DNA from: Conidiobolus incongruus B7586
Lineage: Eukaryota
NCBI GenBank assembly: GCA_000697335.1
Contig: JNEM01013703.1
Coordinates: 1-52,986, forward strand
Direction: 5' to 3'
DNA: 52,986 nt
Below, piece by piece: positions 28,051 through 41,657 of this stretch; position 1 is the stretch's first letter; each line of letters starts with the position of its first letter. The notes below the pieces were generated by a model. That model was not told the DNA's origin, ran no database searches, and saw nothing but the letters and a program-made list of their open reading frames with translations. Both the position numbers and the translations under genes were made by a program.

Positions 28051-29189
28051 AATTTATATATATAATATAATGATATTAAATCACATGTTGTAAGAGACTA
28101 AATGTAGTTTTTTCAAGATACCATTATTCCTCTCAACTATCTTAAAAATATTTTATATAAATTTTTCAAGTCATTTTCTAACAATAATAAATATTAATGA
28201 AAATAATGGATCTGCGAGATATGGTGAATGCTAATAAGAAGATTATAGGCATTATTTTTAGTGCATATCCTTATTCAAACATTCTTAAGTAATATTATTT
28301 ATGATTATGAATTTTCTAATTTACTTGTTATGCATGGATAAATATAAAAAGTGGATGCATAAATATTCTAATACTTATTACATTTCATATACTGAAATGA
28401 AATATCCATTATACACTAGACAGATATTAAAAAACTCAGTTACCCCTAATTACATTTTATCTCGATTCTTTGGGTTGAAATAGAGGATTATTGAATTAAA
28501 TTGTTCACATTATAATTTGAAAATATATTCGATTAAGGTTAAGATATTTGATATGAAAAAGGTATTATAAAATATGTTATATTTTCTTATATATTTGACT
28601 TGTTAATCAACCAAAGAAATATTTCAACCAAATATCAAACATAAAATAATATTTATTTAAATATTATTTTTTTTTAAAATTTTGAAAATTTAATTACTAC
28701 TAGTAGTTGAAATATAATTCTGAATTATAATTGTTTTTTAAAGGACCAAATATATACATCATAAAAGAAATAAGTCTGAAGAGAAATTCAATGGTTATAG
28801 TGTTTTTTTTCAACTAATAGAAGTGTTAACCAATATTATATATCAAAGCACTCAATAAAATGATATTGAGTTATCTTCAAAATAAAATTATAAAATAAAT
28901 ATACTTAATAGTATAGTTATAAGAGATTTGCACTTGACCTATACTATAGATTCAAAATATTGTATAACAAACAAACACTTAAATTTAAAATTTATTAGAT
29001 ATGTGACTGAGTGTTTCACCGCAGAGAATGTTAAACTCGCCACCTTCACTTTTTAATAATCCCAAAGATATTAAATTCAGGATAATATTTAACATCAATA
29101 ATAATGATTTATTATTGTGTTGTAAACTTTATCAAATTGGCATGTATATTTGACAAAATTAGTATTATTCGTGTTAAGAATCGTGAATC

Positions 29190-29234
<45 letters not shown>
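29190..29234. repeat. (AAT)15 microsatellite
   Basis: Perfect AAT run about 460 nt downstream of the VTS1 stop. Confidence 0.95.
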
Positions 29235-29235
<1 letters not shown>

Positions 29236-29692
29236 TATGTGTTGATTCGAAAATTTGGAGTATGTAAACAATAATTTCAAATCATGGAATAAATATCATA
29301 TATTTTATTAGACAGAGAAAAGGATGTTTCATATACTTTGTAGTGTGTACTACTTTATCTCGTAAAATAGGCAAATAACTTCTCTAAGATAAAAATTTCA
29401 TATGATTTTTCAAATTAACGGGAGATATATTTCTAGCCCACATTATTGGCTTTTTAATAAAACCCAGACTTGAATTTATTTTCAGTATGAATCCGGGTTG
29501 CTTATAAACAGTTGAAAAAATGAAAAATGACCAAGGATACAAATAAAAATATGGAGTAATAAAAATTATATTAAGTATTTAAATTTTGTAGCTATGATTT
29601 AAAAATAATTGTCTAGTAGAATATAATAACCTGTATATTTTTTATCAGCTAATCTGAATGATGACGTAACCAACGTAAGTATTTTAATAGAC

Positions 29693-31205
29693 TCACTGAA
29701 TTTCAATGCTAATACCATTAGCCTGTGCTTCATTTTTGATATGTTCAAATACTTTTAAAAATTTTCTTCTAGCTCCAAGTGCAGCAACTCCCATTTCGGC
29801 AAGTTGGGTATCGTTCAACTGAATTACCTGACGCCAGGTCATATGCGTAAAAAGGTTGGTATATTTATGTAGACGAAGAGAGCGCATCCAATCAGGAATG
29901 CTTTCTAAAATCTCGAAATTGACGGGGTCAAGTGGTTTAGGATCTTTAGGAGCCTCAGGCTTGTCACTAGTATTATCTGGACTTGCACTGGTGTTATTTG
30001 CTGGGGGCTGAGCGGGAGGTTGTTCAGCAGATCCATTTTTACTTCCAGGGTGAGGTAGTCCAGGTGGAAATGCGGGTGATTTCAATGCAGGACTACGAGG
30101 AATACCTGGAGAAGTAGCCCCAAGACGGCTTTCGCTTTCGGGTAAGTTTAGAGTTAACTTATGAAGATTGCGAGAAATATATTCCTCATTCCCTCCTTCA
30201 GCAGATTCAGAAACTTCCTTAATAGAACTACCCCAGGTGGGATCTAATAAGGCAGCAGACTTGGGACGAGATCCAGAAGAGAGCATGGATGAAGGGGGTT
30301 CGATTTTGGTAGCTTGCCAAGCAGCTGATTTTGGACGTTCCAAACCAGCGGAACCAATATCTCCTTTGGGCCAGTTAGAAGCGCCTAAAACATCAATAGG
30401 ATTCAAGTTTTTGTGTCTAAATCCACCTCTGCCTAAACTAGAGCGATTATTAGCCCAACTTGCATCGCTTCTATCTTGAACCAATGATGATCTATTTGAT
30501 CGACTAGAATTGCTATCTGATAAAAATAATGACGAGTCACCAACACCACGGGTATCTAATGTACCTAAGGGCATGGAGTAACGATCAATTGGTTGACGAC
30601 GATTGGAAAGGGGATAATTATTTAAAGCTATAAGAAAAAAAATCGGTTTAATATAAATTGCGGGTTGAGTGTAAAATAGTAATTACTTGGCATGCCAGCT
30701 TTAGAATGAGATAAAATTTCTTTTACAGGATCTTTTGTTAATTTTTGTAAAACGGTAATAAAAAAGCGAACTTGAACTTGAGTACTTTGGTGAAGGAGAC
30801 TATATAAAGCTGCAGTTCTCTCTGCTTCAGATAAAGCTGAAAACCAATTTTCAACTGCCAGCAGCTCTTCTTTAAAGGTGGGTTCTAGATTGGCTCTAGC
30901 CATTTCTTCAAGCATTCTTTCATATTGAGTTAAATCTTGGAACCATTTTTCCAATTCCTCAGCTAAATCATTAAAAATTTACAGTCAATTTTGATGAAAA
31001 TTTTTCAAAATGAAAAGTATAAATATTGAAAAACAGAAGTCTTACCTTCAGCAGAAGGTTTATGCTGAGTTCCGAAAACTTCAGATGTTGGACGAGGGAA
31101 GCCTGGTGAGCTAGAAGGGACAGGATGTTTAGAGTCATGAGTCATACTAACCGAGTTAATGTTAGTAGTTCCGAGAAATTGCTCAGAAATAGGACGATGA
31201 TCCAT
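29693..31205 (-). CDS. VTS1: Vts1/Smaug SAM-domain RNA-binding protein, ~456 aa, 3 exons
   Basis: N-terminal [28 protein letters not shown] and C-terminal [36 protein letters not shown]. Exons 31205-31046, 30962-30687, 30627-29693. Confidence 0.93.
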
Positions 31206-32721
31206 TTGAATTAAAAAACCGTTTTATAGAATAATAATAATAATAATAAAGTGATACTGTAGACAAGATCAGACCAGCCTTCTCTTTAATAAATGGTGAA
31301 TGAAGGGTTAACTTGAATAAGGAGTCTTTGAATTGAAATTATTTAAAATGCAATTTTGGTTGAGGAAAAGATTAATGAGATATTTATGGGGCGAAGACTG
31401 GTTTGGAAATGATTTTGGGTTATTTAGTGGATGATCGATTATGAATTCTGAATGATGGAATGATGAAGTGAAAATGTTTCGATTGGCTAAAATTGAATGT
31501 GTATATCTCATTAATAATCACTGATATATAATTCATTATAGCAAATAAATATACAAGTATTATAAAAGTATATTAATCAATTTAGTATTATAAATTAATA
31601 TTATATGACTATCGTATCATATTATCAAAATAAGTTTTAATAATAGAGTTTTATGTTATTCCTCATATTTTAATATTATTATGTTAAGAAACTTTGTACT
31701 GAATCTATTTTTAAATCTTAACAAATGATTTATGCTGTTATAACATAAAGGTGCTTAAAAAACTAATGTTTGAAAAAGTTATTCCATTCTTTTAGTTAAA
31801 AATAGAATTAAACAAATTATTATCAATTACATATCATTCAATTTCAGGTTTAATATTTAATTAGCCAATTTAAACATTATAAATATCTGCTCTTTCAAAA
31901 AAATCTGACTTGAAACGTTAAAGCTTAGTTAATTATTTAAAATTATATATTTTCGCTCTTTAAGATAGTATAGCTTATCTTTAGCAAACTGTTGATTAAT
32001 GCAGACACTCGATGAAATCATCAACATGACTCATATGTTTAATTCAAAACTTATTAATCAAATAATTTTCACAATTGTTTAATATTGACAAAGTATAATA
32101 AAATGATGCTTTTATATTAATTATAATATCTTGAATAGATCTAATATTGACAAGTCATTAATTAATTTGTTTATTAATGTTGACAAGAATACAATATTCA
32201 AGAAATTCAACAACAAAAATAATTCTTTTTAATATATTTTGTCATAGTAGATAGGTTGAAATTAGTGAGTGGAGCGTGCTGAGCTTAATGTATCAAATAT
32301 ATTTATCAGACAAGCTTTGCCAGCAGTTATTAGTATTGTCAATAGTAAATATTATACATATATAAATTATGAAATATAGAGTATTAGCTTCTATTAAATA
32401 ACCTCTTTTACTATATATGATATAAAAGTAATTGATATTTTAAACTGACTAAAATTCATAAAAGATATAATGTTGTTAAATTAGTAATAAGAGATTGAGT
32501 CATTGATATATTTGGATTGGATTATATAACTGGATTATAAAATTATTACTTGTTCAAAATTTTGATTTAATAACAGTCTTGATTTATTGAGTCGATTATT
32601 TCAGTTAAATGTAATGAATAATTTTAAGAATATAATTTGAATGATAATATTAATTAAATATCAGTATTATTATAAATCAAAGTTTAATTAATTATACAAT
32701 TTTATAAAAGATGATGTGAGA

Positions 32722-34318
32722 TCATCTGAATCTTTTCACTCCTTTACTCAGATGCCTTTCAAATTGATTTAAGCAGCCAGTATACTTGAGTTCTTTGCTA
32801 TTATTTACATCATAAAGTTTCCAAAATCTAAGTGTTTCGTCTCCAGCAACAGTGACCAAAGTGGTATGATCTGGGCTCATCTTCATACTTAGGATATTGT
32901 CGTCGTGACCCTTGAGGTAGTATTGAAGTACGAAATCGGGATAGGACCAAAGTGCTACCGTGTAATCCATCATGTTGTGATCTGTTAAAGGGTATCCATG
33001 CGAGGATATCAACTCTTCAGCCATGGGTGACCACATGACATTTGTGACTTGGCATGTAGTATTCAAAGATTTGACAATTTTATTGCTACTTGTATCCCAA
33101 ACTCGGATCATCGAATCACGTAAGCCCCCTCCAACAGCAAGTTGATGCTTTCGATGAGGGCTCCAAGCCAAAGCTTGAGGTGTTTCAATCGATTCAGGAA
33201 ATTTTAACAGAGGCTTACTTAGGTTTCTAAACTCCCATACATAACAAGATCCATCAATACTACCACTCACAATTTTGCTAAAATCCGAGCTCCAATCTAA
33301 GCCACAGATTTCAGTTTTGTGAGATTTTGCAGAATTAATTAGAGCATCGGCAGCTCTAAAATCTAGGAAATTAATGCGAGAATCTTTGGCTCCTGTCATA
33401 ACAACATCATGATCAGACCATCGAATTTGCATTACTTTCTGAACATTATTCTGGCATTGGCGAATATGCTGTCTAGTTTCAAAACTCCAGAGATTGAGCT
33501 TTAACTGATCTGTAGCGGTGAGAATCCGCTCACCCTTGTGATCAAATCCTAAACTTGAAATTGGTCCCTTGTCCTCAAAATCGTGAAATAATGTGACTTC
33601 ATCGTTCCTATTATTAAGCGTATACACTCTCTTATTCAGTCCAATGGCAAGGAAATTGTTAATGGACCAATCCACCAAAGTGGAATAGAATTTTCTTCCA
33701 ATCTCGGGTGCATCGAGCACTTTATGGCACCTAGGATGTCTAGGAGTCGTTATTTTTGGGAATGAGTCCACTACCTCATTTAATAAAGGAGAATACATAG
33801 AGTGCTTTGAATATTGGCTAGTGACTGGAGATATTGATGAATAAAGAGCTGAACTTGGAGCTTTAAAATTGAACAATTTTCCACTGCTATGATGTGGGCC
33901 GATGTTTGAGGTCTTTCCTGAAATTCTCTTGGGTGGTGAGAGTAATATTTGAGCTCTTAGTAATTCATCTCTAAGTTGATGAACTTGGTCTAAATAACAG
34001 TTAGTAAATTAAAGAACAAAGATTGAATTGTATTTTCACTTTGTAAGACTTCTTCAACTTGAACAATTCCAACAGGTGCCTGTCTATTAATTAGAGGTGA
34101 TTTTTCAGTGACTTCAGGCTGTTGAAGCGTTGAATATCTTTGGGACAGAGTGAAGGGGTTATTATCAGGAAGGGGAACAAATCTAAATTTCCAAATATAA
34201 TCATGTATTTTCAAAGATTACTAGATGAAAATTACCTATCTCCTTCATCACCAGCATTTGAATCTAAAACCCCAATTGCCAATTTCAATCTCTTTAAATT
34301 ATGCTCCAATGGATCCAT
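32722..34318 (-). CDS. Divergent Cdc20/Fizzy-family (Cdh1-like) WD40 APC/C activator, ~497 aa, 3 exons
   Basis: Exons 34318-34236, 34182-34040, 33989-32722. C-box-like GDR|FVP spans intron 1; also KVLDAPE..FY..LVDWS, ALAWSPH, ELISSHGY, LVTVAGDETLRFWK; the C-terminus ends in FR (IR-tail-like). Confidence 0.9.
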
Positions 34319-36269
34319 TAGTCAGTAAATTCTAACTAACCAAAGGAATTTAATGATATTTAATCAATAGATATTTGTACAATTATATAAATTAATAGAG
34401 AATAATGAAAATGATACAATGTCAAGTATAGAATTTTATTGATCAATGCTGATCAATCAAATCACTTCTAATTCATCAAATTTATAATGTTATTATTATG
34501 TTTTTTAATATGGGATTGATTTTCCGATGAAATTATGATCTTAACAAGATCAACAATGATAGATATTAAAGATTATAATTTATGATTTGTTAAGAGTTTA
34601 ATAATTTAAATAAATTAAATAATGAATATTAATCATACAATTACCTATATACTAATTTTAATAATAATAAACTTTAAAAATCTTTTAAAACCATCCAGAA
34701 TAATTTATCAATACCCTAATAATTCGAAATATTGAATAATTTCTGAATATGTTGGCACTTTGGTAAATAATAATATTTAAAACATAAATTATTATTTATC
34801 TTTCAAGTTAAATTAAGAACCCATTCAATAAAAAATGGTCATTATAAATAATTATAATTTTTATAAAATATTAATCATACTTATTTTTTAGTCTCATTGT
34901 AACTTGATTGGAATGCACATATTTTATAAGAACATTGAATTTTCATTGAATTTCAATTTTCTACTTAAGGATTTGTTGATTAAATTTGAATTATGACTCA
35001 CTACTTGAATGTATAGAAAGATCTTATATTGGCTTCAAAATAAATCATCCTGATTATCATTCAAATTTAAGTGAATACTATAATATCAATAAATACCTTC
35101 CAGTAATTGTTAAGTTATTAATATAAATGTTTAAAATATTAGGACACCAATAATAACCTAATGACTATAATACTATAAACTTTTTAACAGGATTTGATAA
35201 AACATTGTAGTATTTTTAATGCTGACTATCCAATTTGATGGATTAACATAATATATCAGTCCTCACAACTATCAATATTTAATCATTAAAAATTATTTAT
35301 CCCATAATTCCAAATCAAGGTTTGTATTAATTAAATAGTAGTCAAAGTATTGTCTAGGGTTTAATAATAGTTTAAATAATGTATAAAAATAATCAAGATT
35401 CTAAATTATCAGAACTAAATAAGCGATGCCAGTTCATCGAAATTATTTTAGATGAAGGGTGTTGTTGATTATTTACATTTAAACTCTATTTATTTCCAGA
35501 ATATCAAAATGAATTAAATACGATTAAAGATGAAAGCTGTAATAGTTTAATAGATGAAGTTAAATCTTGTGAAATGAAAATAAATAAATAAATAAATTTC
35601 AAAGTAACTCATAGTTTTATGTTACTTTATTTTATTATATTAATTTCGATTTCAGGACATTGATTATGATGTCAGTACAAACGAATGCAAAGAAACTCTT
35701 GGAAAGTTAGTGACTGGATTGAGTTGTAATATTAAATAGTTTGGATTTAAATCATGACATATGGTCTAAATTAACTGATGATACAAATTAGTAAAATCAA
35801 TGTCTTCAATTAAAATATTTTCTCAATATTTCTAATTTTTCACTAGAATTAGGTGAAAATCTAATAATATTTAGAGAAAACTGAAGGTGTAATTAGTTAT
35901 TACTTATATTATCAGAATTGCTAATTCATATCAAATTCAACTATTTAATATTTTAAATAAAATACGGAATCATGCTGATTCTCACCATAGTGTAATATCT
36001 GAAAATTACTATTTGGAAATGAAACTAGGAAGGCATCTCTTGAAAAAATGATCAATTTGCATAATCAATTATAAACATTTTAATTCTGTTTAAAATTAAT
36101 ATAAAATCATGGCTCATATTCTAATATTATTGAATTGAAATAAAATATATCATTATTTCCTATTATCTCTGAAAAATCTACATAGTAATTAAATTTAGTT
36201 TAATATTTATTAGTGTTAAATGTAATGTCAACAATATGTAATTGAACTATACCCATTACTGTTGTAAAT

Positions 36270-37977
36270 TTAATAATTTGAGATATCTCTACCATAAAAA
36301 ATTTTTCTCGTCCAATCTGCACAAACCATAATCATGTTTCTCAGTGAGAATAACTCAGACAAATACACACTTCTCCAGAATAAATAGGTTAATATACCTC
36401 CAAATGCTGCGTTATAATTCATAATTTTTAAATCCGCAACAGCCTTATCAGATCCTATATAACTATTGAAAATTAGTTAGAGATAATATTATTAAATCGA
36501 GCTTATTCTTACGCTAATGATCCATAGTGGGTATATTCAAAGCCTTTAGTGCTTTGGAGTGTTTGAGCCATAATACTCTCCGGACTAGTTGGGTTCAAAG
36601 CGCTGTATTTGGCTACATCTTTCAATACTCTGGCCAAATATTTACCCTGTTGAGACGCCACTTGTGCTGTGGCAGAATATCTAAACAATATTAAATAATT
36701 AGATTATCAATGGAATCAATGATAAATTGTATTTACTGAGTAGCAGTGGCATCACCTAATGCAAAGATATTATTAGTTCCCTTCACTAACAAATGCTCAT
36801 TGACACTTAATCCTTTTCTATAAAATAATTAGTATATCAATTTTATATAATTTAAAGATCAATATTCAATACAGATTGGACTGGTCATCTTTCATTTCTT
36901 CAATCAGGTTTTTGACAACATCTCTATGTGTATTACCAGCTGCCCAAACCAACAAACCTAAGTGGTTGAACGTTAGCTAAGTTATATTGACTCATAAGTT
37001 GATATAATTACCATATTCAAGCTCCTTTATGCCTTCCTCTGTTTCAACAGTTACTTTTTTCTAATTATTCCTATTAGTTAAAACTGGATATATAATATGA
37101 TGAAATATACCTCATTCACTGATTTTACTTTGCTCTTAGTTAACACATTGATATTATTTTTCTTGAATGTGGACTGTGTGTAATCAATTAATTTAGTTGA
37201 GAAGGCGGGTAGTAATCGATCAAAAGCTTCAATAAGAGTAATGCTGAATTTATCTACCAAATCAGGGTACCACTTGGTGAGGTCTTCCTTCAAATAATCG
37301 TGAAGTTCTGCTGCGTATTCAACTCCCGTGGGGCCTCCACCTACTACGACCATATGTAGTAAACGCTTTTGCTCTTCCAGCGATTGACCCTTGAAGGAGG
37401 CTAATTCTAGGCAATCGGATAATTTACTTCGAATAGCCGTAGCATGGGAAACTTCCTTTAAGAAGCATGCATGCTCTTTTACTCCAGGAATTCCAAACGT
37501 ACCCGTTTCAGCACCCACTCCAACCACCAAATAGTCATAGTTGATCACATTGCCAGCAGGGTGTAAGTTTCTGTCGGATGTAGCATGAATTTGAATTAAG
37601 TTGTTTTTGAAATCAATCTTGTCGCAGGTCGCTTCCACATATCTAACATTATTTGGTTTCTTCTTCGTAGTATAGCGAATAGGCTCGATGATACTTCGCA
37701 CTTCCAATGTGCCAACTGTACAACTGGGCAGCAATGGCGTAAACAAGAAATGGTTACGGGGCGATACCACTGTGACATTGAAATCTCTAGTGTCCAGCTT
37801 CTTCAATAGAGAGATGGATCCCCATCCGGTGCCTAATATCACCAAATTTTTCTTATCGTTTTGATGCTGAGTAGTCGTTGCATAGCCTCTTAATATGGTG
37901 TTCTTAATTATGAAATTTCGCTTTAAAGGTGCTAGTCTCTTTGATAGTACCAAGCAATTGAATTTATTGTAATCCAT
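36270..37977 (-). CDS. Type-II (rotenone-insensitive) mitochondrial NADH dehydrogenase, paralogue A, ~480 aa, 6 exons
   Basis: VILGTGWG, SPRNHFLFTPLLPS, VVVGGGPTGVEYAAE, LIEA, TAQVASQQGKYLAR, C-terminal FYGRDISNY. Exons 37977-37111, 37060-37012, 36957-36873, 36817-36737, 36680-36513, 36462-36270. Confidence 0.94.
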
Positions 37978-40003
37978 TAGAAAGCTAGTATTATTACCAG
38001 ATGAATATTCTATATAAAAAATAAATTGATATATACAATAATTACCTCATAATACTCAATGTCTGCTATAAAATGATGACAGTGGACAGTGGTATGTTAA
38101 TGATTTAAGGGTAGATTCAGGGCTTTTATAGTGATGATGACATCACATTAAATTAATGAATTAATGATGATTAAATTAATTTCAGTTCCAAAATATCTTA
38201 AAGTTCCATGTGTTGCTCGGCTTAACTAATCGGCTAAAATCGGGGAGTTTATTCAGCATCTGGGTTCTATAATTTTCTGACATTAAAAATTAAAATAAAC
38301 AAATCATATTAATTTTACATATTGAATTATCATTCGTAAATTGATGAGTAAGGCTTATTATCTATTTAATCATGGATGTAGTCTATGATTAATTAATTCA
38401 GCATGTTAATTAAAGTCATTTAATTCATTTTGAGCACTTCAGTGACTATGAATTATATTTTTCAATTATTAATTAAAACTAATTCGATTACTTAATTTGT
38501 ATCAATGGATATGGCCTGATATGACTTAGCTTGATTTATATCGCTAACAGCTATTACCAATTTTAATACATCATCTTATAAAATACAAATTTTTTAATTC
38601 CAATATTGTAAGAAAATGTAAAAATTTTTCCGAATGTATACAAATTTGTCCATAATTAAAGGAAATTAGGATTGTTATGGAACTCGGTGAAAATTTCAAA
38701 AGGGAAGAAATTATAACCATTTTCTTTTTTGAATACATTGATTTATGAATTTAGAAATATAAAAATTGATAATAATGATAAATTGATCATTAATTATTAT
38801 AGCAAAAATATTTAAAGTATTTAACCTATTCTATAATTCATATTTATTTGCAAAGTTATTTTATGGTAGATGATCATTTTGGATCTTATCAAAATCTCTT
38901 AAAATTATCTCTCTAATAACTATCATTAGCTTTAAATAATGTCATCATTTTTATAATGGTTTAATGTTGAAATTTAATACTAGTAGATCATTTTTAATTC
39001 AACCAAATAAGTAAATCGATTATTCGGCTATATTATATGATGAGTATCTTCTTCAAACGCATTTGTATAGAGTCTATTTTGAATAATAATATTTATGATA
39101 AATTTATAAATCATCGTGAGGAGATATTTCAAATATACTATTTATTGAACTTTGTTCTGATTTTATTTTAAAAATAAAATATTCTGAGTTGACTAATTGT
39201 TAAAACCATAGAATCCACTTAATTTAGGATATTTTCCCTTTTTGACTATAATAGGTAATATATCAGGTTCAAAAAATCTATAAATGAAATCTTATATGAA
39301 TAGTTTTCAGTGAAAAAATTAATTTATATTAGATATATAGATTCATTATTTTAATATGATCGTTAGAGTTATAATAGAGTATATATTAATATAAAAATTT
39401 AGCAGAAATATAGCCAATACTTGCAATATTTTTATAAAAAATTACAGAGATGATTAGTAATATTTTACAATTATTTCATTTTGATTATAAAATTATTTCA
39501 TAAGGTTCCTATTTAAATCATTATTAATTCCAATTAATGCTAAAGTATTGAAGTAGCTTAGTTCAAGAGAATGGTACACAATACTGAAGAAATGGGAAAA
39601 CATTATGTAGTATCCTTGATTTAGGCGTCAACCCCCCACTTAAGTATGCTTTATAAAAATAATCATAATAAATACTTTTAAAGTTTAGATATATTATCTA
39701 ATCTAACAAATATTTAATAAAAAATTGATATATTTTATTAATTTAAATATAATATCACTATAATAAACTAATATTGAAAAAATGTCAATTTTGTCATAAC
39801 ATTATCCTTAACAAACATCAAGGGATAAATTACAAGTCAATTATTCAACATATATGATTTAATTATTTTAAATAAAAAATGTATTATTTATTAACTATGA
39901 ATTATTATTCTATTATTAACTTTGAATGTAATAAAACATATATGATTTAATATGATGTTATTATATTATTTTGATATATAAACAATTACACTATAATGAA
40001 TTA

Positions 40004-41657
40004 TTACTCTCTTGAAATATCACGTCCATATAATAAAGTTTTTGTCCAATCAGACACTACCATAGTGCAGTTTCGGACCGAGAACAAATTGGACAAGTAG
40101 GCAGATCTCCAGAATAAGTGAGTGGCAACACCGCCAAAAGAATAAGTGGTGTTTAAAATGGGAATGTCTGCAATGGCTTTTTCAGAGCCAATGTAGGCTA
40201 AAGAACCTTGATGAGTGTAGTGGAAGGGTTTTGTCCTTTGGATCATCTGTTCAATGATTTCAGATTGAGTCTTGGCACCTTCTAAATCAATCTGGCTCAA
40301 GCTCTTGAAAACACGAGCCAAATATTTACCCTGTTGGGAGGCTACCTGGGCAGTAGGAGCGTATTGAGTGGCAGCAGCATCACCCAAGACGAATATATTT
40401 TGACTACCGTTCATTAAAAGATGATCATTGACGACAATACCTCTGCGATTGGTTTGGATTTCAGGGAATTTCGAAGCCAAATCTCTGACAACGGGTCTCA
40501 TTGTGTTACCAGCAGCCCAGACTAATAAGCCGTAAGGGATCTCTTCAAGTTCTTTCTGAGGATTCTGAACAATGACAGACTTTTCTTTGATTTCCTTGAC
40601 CATGGTGTTGTTGAGAATCTGAATACCGTTTTCCTTGAAGGTGGATTCAGTGTAGTTGATCAATTGCTTGGAGAAGGAAGGTAAGACATTGGACATAGCT
40701 TCAATTAACGTGATCTTGAACTTGCCAGCCATATCGGGATACCATTTTTTCAAGTCATCTTCGAGGAAGTCGTAAAGTTCGCCTGCATATTCCACGCCAG
40801 TAGGACCTCCACCAACAACGACCATATGAAGAAGTCTCTCTTGTTCTTGGGATTCTTGACCTTCGAAGGCAGCAGTTTCTAAGCAGTCGCTAAGCTTTCT
40901 GCGGATTTGCTTGGCATGGTCGATTTCTTTCAAGAAACAAGCGTGCTCCTTAACCCCCTTGATGCCGAAGGTGGCAGTTTCAGCACCACATCCAACCACT
41001 AAATAGTCATAATCTATAATACTGTTGTTCACAGTGCCCTGGATCTCTGAAGAGTCGGCAATAGTAATGCGATTATTTTCAGGATCAATGCTCGTACATT
41101 CTCCTTCAATAAATCTGACTTGACCAGGCTTGTGTCTGGTAATATAGCGGATAGGCTCAACAATACTACGATGCTCCAAAGTACCTACTGTACAGCTTGG
41201 CAGCAAGGGAGTAAATAAGAAGTAGTTTCTGGGAGAAACAACAGTGATATCATATTGGTTACTATCAATAGCTTTTAAGAAGGAAACTGAGCCCCAGCCT
41301 GTTCCTAAAATAACGAGCTTCTTCTTTTGATCGGGATTAGGGGCGTCTTTATCGTTCTTAAGCAAGTAGGGCTTAGGATGCTTGTGCATATAAGCGGCAA
41401 TAAGGATATAAGCTAGAGTGAGCTGTAAACCTAGTACTGTACCTCTATAACCCCAGCGTAAACCCGTTTTAGCCCACTCGAATCTTCCTTGATTGCTTCC
41501 ATTTGAATTCGTAGATTGAGAACGATAGGTTATGTGCTTGGAGAGCTTTGAAGTATGAAATCTTGAATAAGGCTTAGTATTGAGTAATCTTGTTCCTATA
41601 AGCAAATAAATAAACTGCTGGCTTTGTTTATCAGTTTTTCATACCTATTCTAAACAT
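40004..41657 (-). CDS. Type-II mitochondrial NADH dehydrogenase, paralogue B (Nde1-like external type), ~534 aa, 2 exons
   Basis: Same NDH-2 motifs (VILGTGWG, GGGPTGVEYAGE, LYGRDISRE). True start predicted at 41657 (exon 41657-41645, intron 41644-41596, exon 41595-40004), giving an MFRIGTRLLN.. presequence followed by the hydrophobic segment GTVLGLQLTLAYILIAAY. Confidence 0.95.

Noticed and set aside
26172..28483. ORFs 26172-26393, 27656-27865 and 28301-28483
   Set aside because: Composed mostly of I/K/N/F/L/Y from AT-rich codons; compositional artefacts with no domain signal.
11154..34318. Cell-division 'cluster' (F-BAR, proteasome alpha-6, ASPM, APC/C activator)
   Set aside because: Genes are separated by kilobases and by unrelated genes; nothing in the sequence supports co-regulation. 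Conserved synteny would be needed.
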